Virus record (IMG/VR): IMGVR_UViG_3300023223_001004
Span: 1 to 52,622 of that record
Direction: 5' to 3' (one strand)
Source: a virus
Taxonomy: Duplodnaviria > Caudoviricetes
Length of the DNA: 52,622 nt
Made by a program: the position numbers and the translations under genes. Below are positions 18,166 through 26,248 of the stretch, piece after piece. Numbering within the stretch: position 1 is the stretch's first letter; each line of letters begins with the position of its first letter. The notes beneath the pieces were generated by a model. That model saw only the letters and a list, made by a program, of their open reading frames with translations, had not been told where the DNA came from and did not search any database.

Positions 18166-18205
18166 ACTATTGCACAACTTTATTGATTAACAGATTAGAC
18201 CAGTG
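18166..18205 (-). promoter_or_regulatory. FadR-like box promoter 6
   Basis: CACTGGTCTAATCTGTT (18205-18189), 17 nt ending TGTGC, then AATAGT. Confidence 0.85.
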
Positions 18206-18209
18206 AAAA

Positions 18210-18662
18210 TTAATCAAATACAAAATGTTCGTTAACTAGATCCTCGGTTTCAGGGACTGAACGAAACGACTGCATGTCTGACTTATATCGCTCATCAAGC
18301 TCATTTAACTTCGTTTCTTTCATCACGGACAGAAATGCTCGATAAAATTCTATATCTCGTTCCATGTGGTTTATATGCCTAATTTTCATCATAATTAAGT
18401 TATCAAGTGCTTCTTGTTCTGTTTTAAAGGCAATTCGACTACCTGATTTATGTATTCTGTACACCCTGATATTCATTCGTTTTAGATTTTGAAGAATAGT
18501 TTTTGATTCATCCATAAGCGGATGTGCAAGAAACCCTTTATTAAAACCTTGTATGCAAAAGTGAAAACACTCTGTCTCATGGAATGAATGAAATTTATTG
18601 GTTATTATAGTTAACCCTGTTTCTTCTACGACTATTTTCATTTTGTAAAATATAACTTTCAT
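18210..18662 (-). CDS. Hypothetical phage protein
   Basis: First leftward gene after box promoter 7. Confidence 0.75.
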   Translation of the reverse strand: MKVIFYKMKIVVEETGLTIITNKFHSFHETECFHFCIQGFNKGFLAHPLMDESKTILQNLKRMNIRVYRIHKSGSRIAFKTEQEALDNLIMMKIRHINHMERDIEFYRAFLSVMKETKLNELDERYKSDMQSFRSVPETEDLVNEHFVFD

Positions 18663-18690
18663 TTTTATTCCCCGATCGTTAAGTCTGATA

Positions 18691-18730
18691 AGTATTACAC
18701 AGGAATCATTCTAGACAGATTAGACCAGTT
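18691..18730 (-). promoter_or_regulatory. FadR-like box promoter 7 (leftward at the divergence point)
   Basis: AACTGGTCTAATCTGTC (18730-18714), 17 nt ending TGTGT, then AATACT. Confidence 0.85.
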
Positions 18731-18768
18731 GAATATTGTATAAATATCTAGTTGTGTAATAAATCAAC

Positions 18769-18800
18769 TTGAATTGGTTTATTTACTTGTGTATTATAAT
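18769..18800 (+). promoter_or_regulatory. Conventional sigma70 promoter for the cro-replication operon
   Basis: TTGAAT (18769-74), 17 nt, TATTAT (18792-97) with overlapping TATAAT; no FadR-like box in this register. Confidence 0.65.
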
Positions 18801-18826
18801 GCCACAAAATAACTAAAGAGGTTTAC

Positions 18827-19021
18827 ATGAATAAAGAAAAAATGCTGAAAAAACTAAAAGGGTATATTTATTCAGAGTTTGGGAATGCTAAAAAGTACGC
18901 AGAACATAAGGGTATTTCAAGAGCTTTTGTGAGTGCTGTATTGACTGGTAAATCAGAACCCACTGAATCAATGCTATCTGACGCGAGTATATCTAAAGAA
19001 GTGATTTATTCGCAGATATAA
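18827..19021 (+). CDS. Cro-like HTH regulator
   Basis: AKKYAEHKGISRAFVSAVLTGKSEP HTH; first gene of the rightward operon. Confidence 0.8.
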   Translation: MNKEKMLKKLKGYIYSEFGNAKKYAEHKGISRAFVSAVLTGKSEPTESMLSDASISKEVIYSQI

Positions 19022-19075
19022 AAATGCGCCACGGCTAAGTAGGCGCATAATCAACAATCAACGAGGTAAGTATAA

Positions 19076-20029
19076 ATGACCAGCAAGAGAAAGTCATTTG
19101 TTTTGCATAAGGACAGCTTAGAGATATTAACTGACCTGACAGATGAGCAGGCGGGAAAGTTAATTAAGGCTATATATGCCTATCAAGCAAATCAAGAAAC
19201 AGAACTAGATCAAATCACAAAAATGGTGTTTCTCCCATTCAAAAACCAGTTTGTTAGGGATAATGAAAAATACTTAGAAACCTGCGAAAAACGCGCAGAA
19301 GCTGGCTCTAAGGGTGGTTCTGTATACGCCAAAGATCCAGGTATCGACAATCATGGTGAACTACAGCTTTATGTTATCAGGCTGTATAACAATGATGAGG
19401 ACTTTATAAAAATAGGAACCACATCCTCAAAAATAAATAGGAGATTTTCAGGCCCTAAAAACATGCCTTACAACTACGAAGTTTTGTATCAGATAATAAA
19501 TCAGGATACCTCACTGGCACTAGAGTCATATTTTCATAATTTACTAGATGAATTTTCATACTCTCCAATCATAAAATTCCCCGGCCATTTAGAGTGCTTC
19601 ACTAAGGAAGCAATCAAAGAACTTCTTTTAAATGAATCGTTTGCACAAGCAAAAGTTAGCAAACCAAAGCAAAGCAAAGCAAAACTAGCAGAGAGTAAAA
19701 GTGTTAGTGATAGTGATAATAAGAGTAATAAAGAACTAACTAATGATCGATTCTCTGAATTTTGGGATATGTACGATAAGAAAAAAGATTCTGTTAAATG
19801 CAAATCCAAGTTTGCAAAACTAACAAAACAAGAAATTGAATTGTTATTTGAAAAACTACCGGCCTACATAAACTCAACACCTGATAAGCAATTTCGTAAA
19901 AACCCATACTCATGGTTAAACGGTAAATGTTGGAATGATGAAATAATACAATCTAGTCTAGAAGATCATATCAATTATAAATCAGGTTTCCAAGATAGAG
20001 ACTATGGCAAGACGGGGGATTCGATATGA
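19076..20029 (+). CDS. Replication initiator (DUF6291-type N-terminus) with internal GIY-YIG/T5orf172-like domain
   Basis: RKSFVLH...LTDEQAGKLIKAI...KRAEAGSKGG N-terminus; LYVIRL...FIKIGTT insert; C-terminal FSEFWDMYDKK...PYSWLNGKCWNDE. Confidence 0.82.
   Translation: MTSKRKSFVLHKDSLEILTDLTDEQAGKLIKAIYAYQANQETELDQITKMVFLPFKNQFVRDNEKYLETCEKRAEAGSKGGSVYAKDPGIDNHGELQLYVIRLYNNDEDFIKIGTTSSKINRRFSGPKNMPYNYEVLYQIINQDTSLALESYFHNLLDEFSYSPIIKFPGHLECFTKEAIKELLLNESFAQAKVSKPKQSKAKLAESKSVSDSDNKSNKELTNDRFSEFWDMYDKKKDSVKCKSKFAKLTKQEIELLFEKLPAYINSTPDKQFRKNPYSWLNGKCWNDEIIQSSLEDHINYKSGFQDRDYGKTGDSI
19648..19692 (+). repeat. AGCAAA iteron-like repeats, putative replication origin
   Basis: AGCAAA at 19648, 19658, 19668, 19673, 19678 and AGCAGA at 19687, inside the initiator gene and followed by AT-rich sequence. 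Confidence 0.55.
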
Positions 20030-20553
20030 GCCGATTAATGATTACATCCGATTTACATTTGGGTCATAAAAATATTCATAAATTCAGAACTCAATTTTCT
20101 AGCCCTGAAGAACATCATGAAATTATATTTGAAAACCTAGCTACAAACATACACAAAAAAGATTCTGTTTATTTTCTTGGTGATATAGCTTTTACAAATG
20201 AATGGCTGGAAAGAATTGAAAAAATAAATTGCGTAAAGAAAACCTTAATACTTGGTAATCATGATACTGAAAAATTAAAAATGGGTGCAATCATGATGAC
20301 ATTTGATTCTATCCATTCATTGCAAAAAAGAAGAAATTGCTGGCTTAGCCACTGCCCTATACATACCAGTCAATTCAGGGGTAGTAAGCTAAATATACAT
20401 GGCCACTTGCATAATGATAAGGTTTTAGCTTTAAGTCCAATATGGGGTGATATGCGTCCAGATTTAACGTACTTCAATGCATGCGTAGAGCATACTGATT
20501 ATAAACCCATTAGTTTTTCTGAGATTATTGAAAGGAGAAATTCTTATGAGTAG
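20026..20553 (+). CDS. Calcineurin-like metallophosphoesterase
   Basis: DLHLGH, LGD, GNHD, SHCP and HGHLH motifs. Confidence 0.9.
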   Translation: MSRLMITSDLHLGHKNIHKFRTQFSSPEEHHEIIFENLATNIHKKDSVYFLGDIAFTNEWLERIEKINCVKKTLILGNHDTEKLKMGAIMMTFDSIHSLQKRRNCWLSHCPIHTSQFRGSKLNIHGHLHNDKVLALSPIWGDMRPDLTYFNACVEHTDYKPISFSEIIERRNSYE

Positions 20554-21046
20554 GTATGCAACCGTTAAATTCGATGATTACAATGTTGAATGTGAAGGTC
20601 AGAAAGTCGCCCTGCAAACCTGCAAGAACCTTAAACACAATGCCATTATGACTGGAAGTTACGGAACCGGCAAAACAATGCTGGCTAACTGTATCGCTAA
20701 CCAGAGTGATAAATACAATAAACCGATAGTTACCACCCTGGCTAAAATTGGCAGACAGTTCCGTTCAGCTTTCAAGTGTGATGATTTTACCGAAACAGAG
20801 TTGATGGATGATATTTCAACAACAGAATTACTTGTTATTGATGAAATCGGTGTGTCAAGAATTGGCGATTTCGAATACCGGTACTTAAATGAAATAATTG
20901 ATAATCGTTATGACAATAGATTACCAACAATAATCATATCAAATCTGACAATTGATCAACTTAAAACCGCCATAGGAGATAGGTTGATTGATCGATTAAA
21001 AGAAGATGGCGTGAGTATTACCTTTAAATGGGACAGTTACAGATGA
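20546..21046 (+). CDS. DnaC/IstB-like helicase loader ATPase
   Basis: Walker A GSYGTGKT, Walker B LLVIDEIG, IIDNRY, TIIISNL, DRLIDRL. Confidence 0.9.
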   Translation: MSRYATVKFDDYNVECEGQKVALQTCKNLKHNAIMTGSYGTGKTMLANCIANQSDKYNKPIVTTLAKIGRQFRSAFKCDDFTETELMDDISTTELLVIDEIGVSRIGDFEYRYLNEIIDNRYDNRLPTIIISNLTIDQLKTAIGDRLIDRLKEDGVSITFKWDSYR

Positions 21047-21279
21047 TACACGCTAAAAATCAAACACAACTTGAGGTGTGGATTGTAAACTATATATCTA
21101 CATATGTAGTTGGTGAACAATTACCACCAGAGCGTGAATTATCATACATGTTTGGCGCTGGCAGACAAAAAATTCGAGAGGTAATGATAAAGCTTTGTGT
21201 TAAAGATATTGTTGCTAAATCACACGGCAAACCTAGCGTCCTTACAAAAGATATATTTGAATCAGAAGAGCATTTTTAA
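21043..21279 (+). CDS. Stand-alone FadR-like (GntR family) winged-helix DNA-binding domain, 78 aa
   Basis: GEQLPPERELS...GAGRQKIREVM...SHGKPS aligns by eye with E. coli FadR [11 protein letters not shown]...[11 protein letters not shown]...QHGKPT (recalled); ATGA overlap with the loader stop codon. Confidence 0.88.
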   Translation: MIHAKNQTQLEVWIVNYISTYVVGEQLPPERELSYMFGAGRQKIREVMIKLCVKDIVAKSHGKPSVLTKDIFESEEHF

Positions 21280-21287
21280 TTTATTCT

Positions 21288-21327
21288 GACTGGTCTAATC
21301 TGTTTTCTACCAATTATAAATTATAGT
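21288..21327 (+). promoter_or_regulatory. FadR-like box promoter 8
   Basis: GACTGGTCTAATCTGTT (21288-21304), 17 nt, then TATAGT. Confidence 0.85.
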
Positions 21328-21350
21328 TTACTAAAAACTAGGAGAATTAA

Positions 21351-21758
21351 ATGTCAATAGTATATAGCGATACTCAGGATGATTGGTCAAATCAATACAA
21401 ATCAAAAGAAGATGCGGCAACGATGGTTCTTGAGATTATGGATGATGAAGAATTTCAAAAATGCAAAACAGTAGAAATATATCAGGGCGAAATGTCAAGA
21501 CAGGTTATAACTGACTTTTTTGATATCACACGAATCATTGAAACAATATCAGATGCAGCATATGAAAATTGTGATGATTATCTTGAAGAATATTTAACTG
21601 ATATTGGCAACGAAGATATCGTATTGCTTAAAACCTTAGTTGAATCTCAATTAATAAAGTGGGCCAATGAAACAGGAAATCAACCAAATACATACAAAGT
21701 AAAAGATGTAAGGCCTGTTTGTTTTAATGTTTCAGAACTCAAAAAGGAATTATTATGA
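21351..21758 (+). CDS. Hypothetical acidic phage protein
   Basis: AGGAG RBS; very Asp/Glu-rich. Confidence 0.78.
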   Translation: MSIVYSDTQDDWSNQYKSKEDAATMVLEIMDDEEFQKCKTVEIYQGEMSRQVITDFFDITRIIETISDAAYENCDDYLEEYLTDIGNEDIVLLKTLVESQLIKWANETGNQPNTYKVKDVRPVCFNVSELKKELL

Positions 21759-21973
21759 ACAACGATTTTGTATATAACCAAGTGTACAAGGGTTCAATTA
21801 AAAAAGGTGCGAGTCAGGCTGAATCCACTAACGCAGCCGTAAAAGCGGTTGATGATTATAAAAAGAACAAATTCAAAGGTAAGGTTTTCAACTTAATAGA
21901 ATCGGCCATAAAAGAAGCTGTAAAAATATCTAAAGTATACAATAAAACACGTTCTAAATTCAAAAGATGGTGA
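21755..21973 (+). CDS. Hypothetical basic protein
   Basis: ATGA overlap, AAGGA RBS. Confidence 0.7.
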   Translation: MNNDFVYNQVYKGSIKKGASQAESTNAAVKAVDDYKKNKFKGKVFNLIESAIKEAVKISKVYNKTRSKFKRW

Positions 21974-22011
21974 CTGGTCTAATCACTTAAATCAACATTG
22001 TTTGTTAAGGT
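21972..22011 (+). promoter_or_regulatory. FadR-like box promoter 9
   Basis: GACTGGTCTAATCACTT (21972-21988), 17 nt ending TGT, then TAAGGT. Confidence 0.78.
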
Positions 22012-22040
22012 TATAACTCATAGTTAATTAGGGGAATGAT

Positions 22041-22253
22041 ATGGAAAACAGATTAGAGAAATTCGCAGCAACTTGGAAGATGGAAACTACTATTTCAGAG
22101 TCTACTTCTGAACAATGTTACTCCACAGATGCAGTTGAAAACTTGAAAGCCGTAACAAGCAACTTCATGCACTACATGAGTCTGCAAGATGGCGGTGTTG
22201 AATGGCTTGAAGAAAGATTAATTTCAGCTAAAAAGTTAGCTCAATCATCTTAA
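22041..22253 (+). CDS. Hypothetical protein
   Basis: AGGGG RBS; first gene after box promoter 9. Confidence 0.7.
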   Translation: MENRLEKFAATWKMETTISESTSEQCYSTDAVENLKAVTSNFMHYMSLQDGGVEWLEERLISAKKLAQSS

Positions 22254-22256
22254 CCC

Positions 22257-22430
22257 ATGAATCAACTTAACCTTTTTCCTCACCCTGACTATTACGGACT
22301 AATCAATTACTTGGCTACATGTTGCGGGATGAAAAACGGAAAAGCTGAAACATTTATAAATCAATATTTGGAGGGTGATTGGTTTTTCGATCCCAATTAT
22401 CAACCCGTTACATACGAGAATGAGTTATGA
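22257..22430 (+). CDS. 57-aa hypothetical protein
   Basis: Below the track cutoff; MNQLNLFPHPDYYG...; ATGA overlap with the next gene. Confidence 0.55.
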   Translation: MNQLNLFPHPDYYGLINYLATCCGMKNGKAETFINQYLEGDWFFDPNYQPVTYENEL

Positions 22431-22915
22431 GTAGAGAGATAAAGTTTAGAGGGATTAGCGAAGAAACAGGCGAATTCGTTTTCGGCTTCTTCCGTATATC
22501 AGGTTCAGGCAATTGCATTATTGATGAACTACATAATACGCCTAGAACTATGCAAGACCCTTGCGGTGATTGTGTATCGATAGCAAACGTTGTTAAGTAT
22601 GAATCAGTGGGCCAATACACCGGACTCAAAGACAAGAGCGGCGTAGAGATTTTCGAGGGGGATAAATTCAACACTCAAGTCTGCATTTCGCCTGACGGCA
22701 TTTCATCTGCTCATAATAATTTTCATTGGATAGATGTTGGATGTGTTGTTGTTTTTGAAAATGGTTCATTTTGGGGTGAGTGGAAGCTAGAAAATCACTC
22801 AAATCATAAATACACATTCAATAGATCTGGAAAGGTCAGAGTCTGTGATGAGTGCAACGAAGTCATAGGCAGCACTCACTCTAACCCTGAATTACTCAAT
22901 AAGGATGTAGCGTAA
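22427..22915 (+). CDS. YopX family protein
   Basis: REIKFRG, GQYTGLKDKSGVEIFEGD and EVIGSTHSNPELL signatures. Confidence 0.9.
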   Translation: MSREIKFRGISEETGEFVFGFFRISGSGNCIIDELHNTPRTMQDPCGDCVSIANVVKYESVGQYTGLKDKSGVEIFEGDKFNTQVCISPDGISSAHNNFHWIDVGCVVVFENGSFWGEWKLENHSNHKYTFNRSGKVRVCDECNEVIGSTHSNPELLNKDVA

Positions 22916-23091
22916 TGGATGATAGCTTCACACCAAAGCAAGCTTACTGCCCAAAATGCAACGCAAAGCATAAGTTTGGCATGAATAACATATCAATAGA
23001 TTGCTATCGATGCTTCACGGAGTTTGAGCCAAGAATTCACGAAAAGAGCAAGTATTTGGAGTTGGATGATAACGGAAAAGTTAAGGAGTGA
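22915..23091 (+). CDS. 58-aa zinc-ribbon protein
   Basis: Below the track cutoff; CPKC...CYRC; TAATG overlap. Confidence 0.6.
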   Translation: MDDSFTPKQAYCPKCNAKHKFGMNNISIDCYRCFTEFEPRIHEKSKYLELDDNGKVKE

Positions 23092-23097
23092 AGCATA

Positions 23098-23469
23098 GTG
23101 ACCTATCCAAGATGCCCTTACTGCTCAAACTTTTCTGATTTTGTAACGGGTAAAGAGATATACCCGCATCGTTCAGATTTATTCAACCTTAACTTCTACA
23201 GATGCGAACCATGTAAAGCATATGTAGGAACACATAAAGGCACCACGCAGCCATTAGGTAGATTAGCCAATGCAGAACTACGAAAAGCAAAGAGCGAAGC
23301 ACATAGAGCTTTTGATCCTTTGTGGAGAAATAAAACGATTAGTCGCACCAAGGCTTATAAATGGCTAGCGAAAAAATTAGATATGCCAGTGAAGGATTGT
23401 CACATAGGTATGTTTAATGTTGATCAATGCAGAGGTGTACTCGAAATCATGAAATCCGGATACACCTAA
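23098..23469 (+). CDS. DUF3268-like zinc-finger protein
   Basis: CPYC...CEPCKAYVGTH...PLGRLAN...AHRAFDPLW...CHIGMF. Confidence 0.85.
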   Translation: MTYPRCPYCSNFSDFVTGKEIYPHRSDLFNLNFYRCEPCKAYVGTHKGTTQPLGRLANAELRKAKSEAHRAFDPLWRNKTISRTKAYKWLAKKLDMPVKDCHIGMFNVDQCRGVLEIMKSGYT

Positions 23470-23474
23470 CAATC

Positions 23475-23514
23475 ATCTGGTCAAACCACTAATAACTAGT
23501 TTTTGAATTATTAT
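23475..23514 (+). promoter_or_regulatory. FadR-like box promoter 10 (dnaB)
   Basis: ATCTGGTCAAACCACTA (23475-23491), 17 nt, then TATTAT; more degenerate box. Confidence 0.68.
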
Positions 23515-23543
23515 ACTAAAACAAAAATAACAAGGGCTTATGA

Positions 23544-24920
23544 ATGGAACATCAGAGAATACCGCCTCATGATGATTATGCTGAACAAGGCGTTTTAGGT
23601 TCAGCAATAATAGATCACAGATGTGTTGATGATATTTTAGAGCGAGTCAAGCCTGAATATTTCTATAACCACAATCACAAAACTGTATTTGAGGCTATTC
23701 AAAGTTTATTCAGAAAGAAAATGCCTATTGATATTATTACAATGGAAATTGAATTAAACGAATCTAACCTGGATGATGAAAATATATTTAGATTTGTTGC
23801 TGATTTAGCCAAAAAAACTCCCTCTTCTGCTAATTATTCCACTTACATAGAGATAGTTAAGTCAGATTACCTCGCCAGAGAAGCTATATATCACACACAG
23901 GACGCGCAAAACGATTTATATACAAAGCCAAGGGAAGAAAGAATAAGTTCGGCCATGACCCATTTAAGTACTATTGGCGATAGTATTGATGATGTTGTAA
24001 AAAAAGATATTCGTGTTAAGGCTGGACTTCAAAGATATGTTGAAAAAACAGAGCAACTTCTAAAAAGTAAAACAGGAATATCAGGAATAAGAACAGGGTT
24101 AAGAGACCTAGACAAAAAAATAGGTGGATTCGAAAAATCTGATTTGATTATTGAGGCTGGTCGTCCATCTATGGGTAAAACAACTCTGGCATTAAAGCAT
24201 GTAGTCACAGAGGCATTAAGCGGTGGCTACCCGTTTGTGTTTAGTATGGAAATGCCAGAAGAGCAATTATATAGAAAAGCAATATCTATAGTTGGCAGGA
24301 TAGATGGCAATAGGTTAAAGAATCCAAATAATCCAGACAACCCGATGACTGAAGAAGATTGGACAAATCACACTAATGCAGTTGGTAAATTGATAAGTAC
24401 GAATCTTGCGATAGATGATAGATCTAATCTGTCTCCAATGGAAATGCGTATTGCCATTAAAAAATACAAACGTGATCATGGTCATTTACCCACTTTAATC
24501 ATGGTTGATTATCTTCAGCTTATGAAATCAAGTAACAAAGAAAATAGAACTCAACAAATCAGTGAAATTAGCATGGGGTTAAAAGCCATAGCCAAGGATT
24601 TTGAAGTGCCTGTTATTGCATTGTCTCAGTTAAATAGAAGCCTGGAGAACCGCGCAGATAAGCGACCTATCTGTTCTGACTTACGTGAGTCTGGTCAGTT
24701 AGAGCAAGATGCAGATATTATTATATTTATTTACCGGGATGAGGTTTATAACGAGAATACGCCAAATAAAGGGTTGGCTGAGATTATTGTAGGCAAGCAA
24801 CGTAACGGGCCTCTTGGAATGATAGGTTCAGTATTTATGGGTCAGTATTCAGATTTTGGTGACATGTCTCATAGAGTATTTATGGAAGACGAGCAGCCAG
24901 GTAAAAAACCAAATTGGTAA
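23544..24920 (+). CDS. dnaB: Replicative DNA helicase
   Basis: PPHDDYAEQGVLG, AGRPSMGKT, MVDYLQLM, LSQLNR and DLRESGQLEQDAD motifs. Confidence 0.97.
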   Translation: MEHQRIPPHDDYAEQGVLGSAIIDHRCVDDILERVKPEYFYNHNHKTVFEAIQSLFRKKMPIDIITMEIELNESNLDDENIFRFVADLAKKTPSSANYSTYIEIVKSDYLAREAIYHTQDAQNDLYTKPREERISSAMTHLSTIGDSIDDVVKKDIRVKAGLQRYVEKTEQLLKSKTGISGIRTGLRDLDKKIGGFEKSDLIIEAGRPSMGKTTLALKHVVTEALSGGYPFVFSMEMPEEQLYRKAISIVGRIDGNRLKNPNNPDNPMTEEDWTNHTNAVGKLISTNLAIDDRSNLSPMEMRIAIKKYKRDHGHLPTLIMVDYLQLMKSSNKENRTQQISEISMGLKAIAKDFEVPVIALSQLNRSLENRADKRPICSDLRESGQLEQDADIIIFIYRDEVYNENTPNKGLAEIIVGKQRNGPLGMIGSVFMGQYSDFGDMSHRVFMEDEQPGKKPNW

Positions 24921-24922
24921 CT

Positions 24923-24962
24923 GACTGGTCAGAGCAGTGAATAGTTAAAACTGAGTTATAGT
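24923..24962 (+). promoter_or_regulatory. FadR-like box promoter 11
   Basis: GACTGGTCAGAGCAGTG (24923-24939), 17 nt, then TATAGT. Confidence 0.78.
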
Positions 24963-24977
24963 GAATAAAAATATTAA

Positions 24978-25517
24978 TTGGGAATGATTGTGAATTTTAA
25001 ATATTCAATAAACCATTTTGGTGGATTATGGCCTAGCGTGTTTGATTACATGTATTTCGATTCTCATAATGATGAGTTTGTTTTTGAAGAAGAGATTACG
25101 CCTAATCCTAGTGTATTAATATGCACTCGTAATGATTTTGAATCTGAAGTTGCGATTCAAAAAAAATTGTTAAATATATGGGATGGAAAAGATATACCAC
25201 CAATTTCTGTTGAATGTGAATACATGGTTGGTGGTGGTATTAATTGGTTTAAGTGCAAAGTCATAGCCCATGAAGATAACCTTATCTGGATAAATAATTT
25301 AGATACTGGTTCAAAGCCATTAAAAAGAATAACAGAAGTTAAATTCAGACAACTTAATCATAATAAAGATCGTGATGAGTGGGTTGAAAAGGCGTTACTT
25401 CTGGATGTGTACACGGATAGTCTCAATAATGGCGGTATGATGTCTAGAACAGATTACACAAAAGCCATTTATGACGCCCAAAAATCAGGCGAATTACCAC
25501 AAGTTAAGCAGGAATAA
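24978..25517 (+). CDS. Hypothetical phage protein
   Basis: WDGKDIPPISVECEY motif common in gammaproteobacterial phage ORFs; start uncertain. Confidence 0.72.
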   Translation: MGMIVNFKYSINHFGGLWPSVFDYMYFDSHNDEFVFEEEITPNPSVLICTRNDFESEVAIQKKLLNIWDGKDIPPISVECEYMVGGGINWFKCKVIAHEDNLIWINNLDTGSKPLKRITEVKFRQLNHNKDRDEWVEKALLLDVYTDSLNNGGMMSRTDYTKAIYDAQKSGELPQVKQE

Positions 25518-25523
25518 AATGTT

Positions 25524-25835
25524 ATGAGAAAATACAATTTAAAGCCATGCCCTTTTTGCGGTGGTAAAGCAGAGGTTATTGAAACTGAGGGTTGTGATAC
25601 TCTTGCTGTCTGCACGAAATGCGATGTTAGTTGCGGTTTTAATTTTGGCGGAGACGAAAATGCATCTTCTGAAGCTTGGAATAAAAGAGTTGAAAAACCT
25701 TTGCCCGATTATGAAGGGGTGAGTAGCCTTGCATATTCAGCAAACAATGCCAATGGTTTATTCATGATTGTTCATGTGAAATTCATCAAAGACTTAATTA
25801 AATTACTAAGAAGAAAACGAGAAACTTCCTTATAA
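25524..25835 (+). CDS. Lar-family restriction alleviation protein
   Basis: LKPCPFCGG...CTKC...AWNKR. Confidence 0.78.
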   Translation: MRKYNLKPCPFCGGKAEVIETEGCDTLAVCTKCDVSCGFNFGGDENASSEAWNKRVEKPLPDYEGVSSLAYSANNANGLFMIVHVKFIKDLIKLLRRKRETSL

Positions 25836-25838
25836 CTC

Positions 25839-25878
25839 AACTGGTCTAATCTGTTTTTATGTATTTCACATATATACT
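25839..25878 (+). promoter_or_regulatory. FadR-like box promoter 12
   Basis: AACTGGTCTAATCTGTT (25839-25855), 17 nt, then TATACT. Confidence 0.85.
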
Positions 25879-25906
25879 CACCTTACTTGATAAAGGAGAC
25901 ATAAAA

Positions 25907-26248
25907 ATGATTATTCCAAATAATACAATATTTCTTGATTCATACATAGAAAAAGAAAAGTATATTGAATGTGCAATTACCAAAGCCAGGGAATGCTTAG
26001 AAAACGGTGAAGAATATAAATTTGAATACGCTGAAAAACAGGAAGTTAAAATATCTCTTGATAATATGGACGCCTGTATAGGTTTCTATCTTAGCAATAA
26101 TCATAATGATAGCCTATCACAGAGAATAAACGGGATTGTCTCTGCTAAAAATGACACCGAAATTTTAATTTTATCAAAAAATCTTAAGGACTGGTTCATC
26201 CAGTTAATCTCCGAAGAAATAGCTAATTTAGAATGGTTAGCTCAGTGA
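25907..26248 (+). CDS. Hypothetical protein
   Basis: Start moved to ATG 25907 (AAGGAG RBS); the track start overlaps the promoter. Confidence 0.72.
   Translation: MIIPNNTIFLDSYIEKEKYIECAITKARECLENGEEYKFEYAEKQEVKISLDNMDACIGFYLSNNHNDSLSQRINGIVSAKNDTEILILSKNLKDWFIQLISEEIANLEWLAQ

Noticed and set aside
19024-19048. ATGCGCC/GGCGCAT hairpin after the Cro-like gene as a terminator or nut site
   Set aside because: No U-tract and no clear boxA; function cannot be supported from sequence alone
19319-19642. Intein or group I intron in the initiator gene
   Set aside because: No C-terminal His-Asn splice junction and the frame is continuous; treated as a domain insertion
21043-21279. Mini-FadR as a decayed pseudogene fragment
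   Set aside because: It is translationally coupled, ends at the domain boundary, keeps the DNA-contact residues, has no downstream remnant of the C-terminal domain and co-occurs with 13 matching boxes; dN/dS across homologs would settle it
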